From assembly GCA_038212275.1 (NCBI GenBank), contig JBBQUR010000015.1, forward strand, positions 1 through 64,000: a stretch of 64,000 nt of DNA, in the 5' to 3' direction. The position numbers and the translations under genes were made by a program. The notes beneath the pieces are model-generated. The model was not told where the DNA came from, searched no databases, and saw nothing but the letters and a program-made list of their open reading frames with translations. Source of the DNA: Planctomycetota bacterium (GTDB taxonomy: Bacteria > Planctomycetota > B15-G4). Shown piece after piece: positions 58,514-64,000 of the stretch (the stretch's first letter is position 1; each line of letters begins with the position of its first letter).

Positions 58514-59215
58514 AACGGCGCGGAGACGGCGACGTGGCCCGACGGCGGCACGACGCCCTTCAAGGGCGAGAAGGGCACGACCTGGGAAGGCGGCTTCCGC
58601 GTGCCGATGCTCGTGCGCTGGCCGGGCGTCATCAAGCCGGGCACGATCATCAACGACATCTTCTCGCAGGAGGACTGGCTGCCCACGCTGCTCGCGGCGG
58701 CGGGCGAGCCCGACATCGTGGAGAAGTGCAAGCAGGGCTACGCGGCCAACGGCAGGGACTTCAAGGTCCACCTCGACGGCTACAACTTCCTGCCTTACTT
58801 CAAGGGCGAGGTCGCCAAGGGCCCGCGCGAGGAGATCTTCTACTTCGGGCAGGGCGGCGATCTGAACGCCGTGCGCTGGAACGACTGGAAGGTGTCCTTC
58901 GCCGTCGAGAACGGCAACATCGCCACCGCGACGCGCGACGTGCCGGGCTGGCCGGAGATCGTCAATCTCCGCGCCGACCCGTATGAGAAGGCGCCGCACG
59001 AGTCGGGCATGTACATCCGCTGGTACGCCGACAACATCTGGCTCTTCGTGCCGGTACAGACCAAGCTCAAGGCTTTCCTGCTCACGCTGCCGGAGTTTCC
59101 CTTCCAGCAGGGCAGCAGCCTGAACGCGGCGGGCATCAACTACAACTCGCTGAAGGCGATGCAGGCCATGAAGCGCCTGAACGAATTGGAGACGCTGCCC
59201 GCTCCAGGCAACTGA
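58514..59215 (+). pseudogene. C-terminal half of an arylsulfatase, 5'-truncated
   Basis: NGAE..PFKGEKGTTWEGGFRVPMLVRWPG..DWLPTL..LDGYN..NLRADPYE; no N-terminal CxPxR region; abuts the IS481 relic. Confidence 0.85.
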
Positions 59216-59475
59216 GCGGAACTCGCCACTGTCGGCGCCGAAACTCTCACGCCGCCCGGGAGCGCGCCGATCGCGATTTCTCCGACCTGCAAGCACATCG
59301 ACCTGAAGGAGCAGGATGGCGGCATCGAGGTGCTCCTCGGAACTGTCGCCGTGACCAGCAGCACGGTGCAGAACAGGAGCCTCCCGCCCGCCGTGCAGCC
59401 CGCCCGACTCCCCACGGCACGACACGCACCGCCGTCACGCGACTCCTCAGACCTTCCCCCGATGTGAACCCTCCC

Positions 59476-59658
59476 ATGGCGTTCCGCCGGTTGCCGAAGG
59501 TTCTTTCGTCCTTGTCCGTGGCCCTCGCCTGCGCGGCGCCGCTCGTCGCGCAGGGCACGCCCACGCTCGACTGGGTCGCTGCAGGCCACGGAGCATTGGG
59601 AATGCAAGCGCCCCCACCCTGCCGCAGCGCCCGCAGCGTGTCCCGCCTTCTGCCGTGA
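59476..59658 (+). pseudogene. Truncated 5' fragment of a secreted-protein gene
   Basis: Good signal peptide MAFRRLPKVLSSLSVALACAAPLVAQ, then about 16 aa before running into the dispersed repeat at 59605. Confidence 0.4.
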
Positions 59659-59666
59659 AGGCCGCT

Positions 59667-62387
59667 TCAGGAGCGCCGCAGCAGGAAGAGCAGAGGCGAT
59701 CCGTCGCCGTCCTTTGCTTCGGCGTCGAGCGTGATGCTCTGCGTGGAGCTCTCGTAGCCGGGAGCTTCCACCGTGACGGTGAGCGGCTCGCCGGCCGGCA
59801 CCTCGAGGCTGGCGATGATGGACCGCGTGGCTTGCGGGACGAGGCGTTGCGTCATGGCGAGGGCCATGGCCGAGGGGTTGCCGTCCAGGCGAGCCTCCGC
59901 GCGAAGGCCGCGCGCGGCATCGAGGACGGTCGCGTGTGCATCGCAGTCCAGTGGCCAGACCAGCCCCTGCGCCATGAGTGACTCCAGAAGCGGACCCCAC
60001 TCCTCCATGCTGCTGCCGGCGGGCGGCGTGCTGACGGAGGGGGCTGCGCCCAGCACCAGCGCCATCACGCGCAGCGTGCCGCGATCCGCGAGCACCAGCT
60101 CGACGGTGCCGCGCGGCTCGGTGCGCAGATCCAGCGGGAAGGATTGCGGCTCGCTGAGAAAGTCGCGGCGCACCTCCACGGTGAGTTGCTCTGCGGGCAG
60201 GCCCACGGCCAGCGCTTCTCCGCGCTCGTCGGTGCCGAGCTGCGTGGTGTGCGCGTTCTGTCCCCAGGCGACCTTGAGCGGTGGGCCTCCCGCATTCCGG
60301 AAGGACAGGTGTGCGCTGAGCGGCTCGCGCCGCGCGTTGACGACGCGGAGCCGGACCTGGCGCGCGGCGCTGAAGCGGATGTCGAGGACGTGCTCGCCGG
60401 CTTCAAAGGCCTGCAGCGGTGCGGACCACGGCGCGTAGCCGGCGGCGTCGGCATTCACCTGCATCGCGCCGGGCTGCAGGCCGGTGATGCGCCACGCGCC
60501 GTCCGCACTCTCGAAGTCGTGGCTCTCGCCGATCATGCCCCCGCCGCCCACCGGGATCATCGTCGTCACGTCGAAGGCCGTGACCGGGCGGCCGGTGAGT
60601 GCGTCCGTCGCGCGTCCCAGCAGTGTGACGCCGCTGGTCGCATCCGGGTCCAGCACGAGCAGCAGGTCCTGCGTGCCCGACGGCGCGGTGAGCATGGCGA
60701 TCAGGCCGCTCTCGCGCGGGTGCGTCGCCGTGACCTTGAAGTTGCCCGCGTAGAGCTGGTCGAAGCGGAAGCGGCCGTCCTCGCCGGTGCTGGCGCTGTT
60801 CAGCGATTCGACTCGTGATTCCCAGGTGGGCACCGGAAAGCGGGCGCCGGGGCCGAGGTCCACGAGGCGGTCGCCTTCGATCTCCACCAGAGCGCCGCGC
60901 ACCGGCGCGCCACTCAGGTCCACGACCTGGCCGGCGAGGGTGCGCTCGGGATCCAGCGCCAGTTCCAGAGGCATGTTGGCGGTCTCGGCGATGACGACGG
61001 GCTGGCGCACGAACACGGCATGACCCTCTGCGGTGACCACCACTTCCGCGTTGCCATCCGCGTGCAGGCCCGTGAACGTGAAGCGTCCCTGATCGTCGGC
61101 GAAATCCGTGCTGGTCAATGTCGAGCGGGTGTTCGGGTCGGACGTGACCAGCGTGACCGTGGCTTCGGCGATGGGCGCACCGTCGGCCGCGGCGCGGACG
61201 TGACCGCTCAGCGTGGCGCCCGAGTCGAGTCGGACGACGAGGTCGGGATCGCCGGGCGCGTGCCGGCCGCGCCAGGCGAGGAAGCCGGGCGCCGACACGC
61301 TGACCTCGTAGACCTCGTCGCAGCAGTGGTCGCGCCGGAAGCTGCCGTCGGCGCCGGTGCGCGCCGGGCCTCCGAACTCCGCGAGCCGGCGGTAGACATC
61401 GGGTGCCGCGGTGACCTGCGACGGCGCCGCCTCGCCGGGGAGGCTGAACCCGATGGCTGCCCTTGGCACCGGCGCACCGCCGGGATCAAGGACCACGCCG
61501 CGGATCTCGCGCGCGGGCGAGAGCACCACGGTCAGCGGCGGCTCGACGGGTGCGCCGCCCGCGAGCGCGCCGATGCGCGCGCCCTCGGGAAGCGTGCCGA
61601 CGAGCTGCTCGCGCAGCGCGTAGCCCGGCGCCGACGCCGTGATCACGAAGGGCGGCCCGATGCGCGCGAGCACGAACTCGCCGGCGGCATTGGCGGTGGT
61701 GGTGCGGTCCGGCTCGTAGCTTTTCTCGAAGTTCAGCGTGGCGGCGTCGGTGGTGGCGCCCACCAGCGCGCCGGCGATCGGCTGTCCGTGCGTGTCCACG
61801 ACGCGGCCCGAGAGCGCGCCGCCGCTGCCCACGGCGAGGTCGAGCGTCGTCTCGGTGCCGGGTTGCAGTGGCAGTTCGACCTCGCTCCTGCCGCGCACCG
61901 TGTCGGGGCCGACGCCGGCGCGCAACTGATCCAGCGTGCAGGCCCCGGTGAACACGAGGCGGTAGCGGCCGTCGGCGCCGGTGAGCGCCTGGCTCGCGGC
62001 TTCATCGAGAGGCGCCTTGATGCGCGCGCCGCCGCTGGAGACCAGCGCTACCACGGAGACGTCCGATGCCGGCGAGCCGTCGGTCAGGCGCGTGATGCGA
62101 CCGGTGAGCACGGCGGAGGGCGCGAGAGTTTCCGACGAACCGAGGGTCGCGACGGCGGCCTGCCATGCCTCGCCGCTCAACGAACTGGCGGCATCCTCCG
62201 GCAAGCGTGCACGCGGCGCGGCGTCGAAGCGCGGTGCGCTGTCGGCACTGCTGCTCGGCGCCGCGATCGCAGCGGCGTTGCGGAGCCCGTCCTCGCGCGG
62301 GTCCTCGCGCTGCACCAGCCAGATGCCGACCCCCAGCACGACGAGTGCCGCTGCAAAGATCCAGACCGGCCGTGAACGCTGCGCCAT
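59667..62387 (-). CDS. Membrane-anchored carboxypeptidase-regulatory-like repeat protein
   Basis: N-terminal TM WIFAAALVVLGVGIWLV; repeated SGRVVD..GQPIAGALV and TG.DGRF motifs; start 62387 or 62423. Confidence 0.8.
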   Translation of the reverse strand: MAQRSRPVWIFAAALVVLGVGIWLVQREDPREDGLRNAAAIAAPSSSADSAPRFDAAPRARLPEDAASSLSGEAWQAAVATLGSSETLAPSAVLTGRITRLTDGSPASDVSVVALVSSGGARIKAPLDEAASQALTGADGRYRLVFTGACTLDQLRAGVGPDTVRGRSEVELPLQPGTETTLDLAVGSGGALSGRVVDTHGQPIAGALVGATTDAATLNFEKSYEPDRTTTANAAGEFVLARIGPPFVITASAPGYALREQLVGTLPEGARIGALAGGAPVEPPLTVVLSPAREIRGVVLDPGGAPVPRAAIGFSLPGEAAPSQVTAAPDVYRRLAEFGGPARTGADGSFRRDHCCDEVYEVSVSAPGFLAWRGRHAPGDPDLVVRLDSGATLSGHVRAAADGAPIAEATVTLVTSDPNTRSTLTSTDFADDQGRFTFTGLHADGNAEVVVTAEGHAVFVRQPVVIAETANMPLELALDPERTLAGQVVDLSGAPVRGALVEIEGDRLVDLGPGARFPVPTWESRVESLNSASTGEDGRFRFDQLYAGNFKVTATHPRESGLIAMLTAPSGTQDLLLVLDPDATSGVTLLGRATDALTGRPVTAFDVTTMIPVGGGGMIGESHDFESADGAWRITGLQPGAMQVNADAAGYAPWSAPLQAFEAGEHVLDIRFSAARQVRLRVVNARREPLSAHLSFRNAGGPPLKVAWGQNAHTTQLGTDERGEALAVGLPAEQLTVEVRRDFLSEPQSFPLDLRTEPRGTVELVLADRGTLRVMALVLGAAPSVSTPPAGSSMEEWGPLLESLMAQGLVWPLDCDAHATVLDAARGLRAEARLDGNPSAMALAMTQRLVPQATRSIIASLEVPAGEPLTVTVEAPGYESSTQSITLDAEAKDGDGSPLLFLLRRS

Positions 62388-62459
62388 GACCCGAACTCCC
62401 GCGCGAGAGACGGACGGAATCATGCCGCACGGGCCGCGCCCGTGTCAGGCCCGCCCCGC

Positions 62460-64000
62460 TCACGGCCCGGGCGCGACGTACAGCGTCACGTCGCGCGTTT
62501 CACCGGGCGCGAGTGACACCACCTGCGCCGCGAGGCCCAGGCCATCGAGGGCCGCCGCGGTGTTGCAGCTTTGCCTGTCACCGGTGGAGAACACGGCCAC
62601 TCGGTACTGGCCCGGCGGCAGATTGCCAGATGACAGCCATCCCGCGAACCGAGGAAAGTGCCGTACCACTCGTACGTCGTCGCCGGGAGGCGGGTTGAGG
62701 CCCCAGGCGACCGTGGAGGCTTCGGCAGTTTGCCCGTTGGGGCCAAGCACGGTGATGCGCATGCAGGCTGCAGGCGGCAACGCGATGCGCAGCCCGCTCA
62801 CGACCTGACCCGCGGCAACCGTCACGGGTACGGGCTCCAGCGGGAAGTGCCCGGGCGCGCTCACCAACCAGCGGAAGGTGCCCGCGCCCACGCGTGGCAC
62901 CACGAAGAGACCCTGAGCGTCGGTCCTCACCGCATCGGCACCCGAGAGACTCACCTGCGCGCCCGGCAGGGGCTCTCCGGAGAGCGCATCGAGCACCAGG
63001 CCCTCCACGCGCCCGCTGCCGAGCTGCAGCACCAGCAGGATGTCCGCATCGGGCACGAGATCGACTCGCCCGACCTCGCTCGCTGCGCCGCCGTCCAGCA
63101 GCGCCCGCACCACGATCAGGCCCATTTCGTCGAGCGTGAGCCGCGCCTCGCCCTGCGCGTCGGTGACCGGCAGCCTGCCGGCCTGCTTGACGGACGGGAG
63201 GACACCGGTCCGCTGGCTATTGTCATCGAGGTGCGCCCAGTGAATGCGCGCACCCGCCACGGGCTGGGCTCCGTCCAGCACGCGCACGCGGAGCCGCGGT
63301 GGTGGCGGCACCACGAGCCGCACGCTGCTGACCTCTCCCGCCACGACATCCACCGGACAGCGCGTACCCCTGGGTCCGCGCAGAACCCAGCCACCGGGCA
63401 TGAGCCCGGTCGCGCGGAAGCAGCAGCCGGCATCCAGATTCACGTCGACTCCGGGCAGTCTCCGGGAACTCTTGAGGGGGTCGTCGAACGCCCGCTCCAC
63501 CAGCCTGACGGTCCAGTCGTGGAGCAGTGGCGAACAACTGCCGTCGACATCGACGATGCAGCCTTCGACAGCGCCGGTGCGCTGCACCGTGAGCACCACG
63601 TCGGCGCGGGATTCACCTGCCGCGAGAGTCAGCTCGGTTTCCTCGGCCTCGGCCAGCTCGTCGCCACTCGGTGTGATGCCCCACTCCCCTGCGCCAAGGC
63701 CGCGGGCGGCGAACGCACCCGCCGCGTCCGTGACAGCTTCGTGCACGATGGCGTGGTCGGGGTGCATGCCCTCCAACTGGAAGCGCAGTCTCACTTGCGG
63801 CATGCCTGCACCTCGCTCGTCCACGACGCGGCCCTGCACGCGCGCCTCGGGCGCCAGCACGACGTGCACGTGCGGGGGCAACACCGCCGACGACGATGTG
63901 TCACGCGCGGAACATCCCTGGAGCTCGACAGCCTGCTGCTCGGACACGAGCAGTTCCAGATTGATGCATCGCGTCGCGAAGCCCGGCGCCTCCACGCACA
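62460..64000 (-). CDS. Carboxypeptidase-regulatory-like repeat protein, partial (5' end beyond the window)
   Basis: QGRVVDERG, TDAAGAF, EGLVLDALSGEPLPGAQV motifs; frame runs to the window edge. Confidence 0.75.
   Translation of the reverse strand, partial: CVEAPGFATRCINLELLVSEQQAVELQGCSARDTSSSAVLPPHVHVVLAPEARVQGRVVDERGAGMPQVRLRFQLEGMHPDHAIVHEAVTDAAGAFAARGLGAGEWGITPSGDELAEAEETELTLAAGESRADVVLTVQRTGAVEGCIVDVDGSCSPLLHDWTVRLVERAFDDPLKSSRRLPGVDVNLDAGCCFRATGLMPGGWVLRGPRGTRCPVDVVAGEVSSVRLVVPPPPRLRVRVLDGAQPVAGARIHWAHLDDNSQRTGVLPSVKQAGRLPVTDAQGEARLTLDEMGLIVVRALLDGGAASEVGRVDLVPDADILLVLQLGSGRVEGLVLDALSGEPLPGAQVSLSGADAVRTDAQGLFVVPRVGAGTFRWLVSAPGHFPLEPVPVTVAAGQVVSGLRIALPPAACMRITVLGPNGQTAEASTVAWGLNPPPGDDVRVVRHFPRFAGWLSSGNLPPGQYRVAVFSTGDRQSCNTAAALDGLGLAAQVVSLAPGETRDVTLYVAPGP

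Noticed and set aside
58211..59215. Novel integrase-sulfatase fusion protein
   Set aside because: Chance in-frame join of two truncated relics; lacks the sulfatase catalytic N-half and a complete DDE domain
59216..59466. Open frame continuing after the sulfatase TGA (possible readthrough or selenocysteine)
   Set aside because: The sulfatase C-terminus looks complete, and no SECIS-like hairpin or recognisable motif was seen; probably unrelated debris

Overview
Very GC-rich bacterial chromosomal window, most likely an uncultured Planctomycetota/PVC lineage (PVC-type L28; many secreted beta-propeller and Ig-like proteins). 0.1-9.6 kb: minus-strand core cluster purA-uppS-cdsA-phoH-ybeY-lptF-lptG-rpmB, followed by a collagen-like fibre gene. 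9.7-30 kb: envelope and metabolic genes (MscS, YSC84-like lipoprotein, lipase plus DUF4105, Thr-type sulfatase-like protein, a divergent GH2 / YetA-PcRGLX-like pair, CopA, a REC-Cys4-pseudoHPt regulator). 30-34.7 kb: nitrogen locus with a degenerate P-II, a 15-nt-period repeat leader, glnA, an APC transporter and a divergent unannotated 36-aa membrane peptide. 34.7-64 kb: accessory surface-protein region with a CMF-like lipase, a GT-C plus sulfatase-like pair, IPT, choice-of-anchor C, FG-GAP and YjiK-like proteins, three carboxypeptidase-regulatory-repeat proteins, paralog tandems, a decayed IS481 and several gene relics. Best candidate for an undescribed system: four signal-peptide proteins with three unrelated passenger types share a ~120-aa C-terminal domain ending Q...SN[AG][VL]xxxx(x)P-stop, which looks like a lineage-specific C-terminal sorting or anchoring signal. 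No rRNA, tRNA or CRISPR array was seen. All family calls are from motif recognition by eye; no database searches were run.
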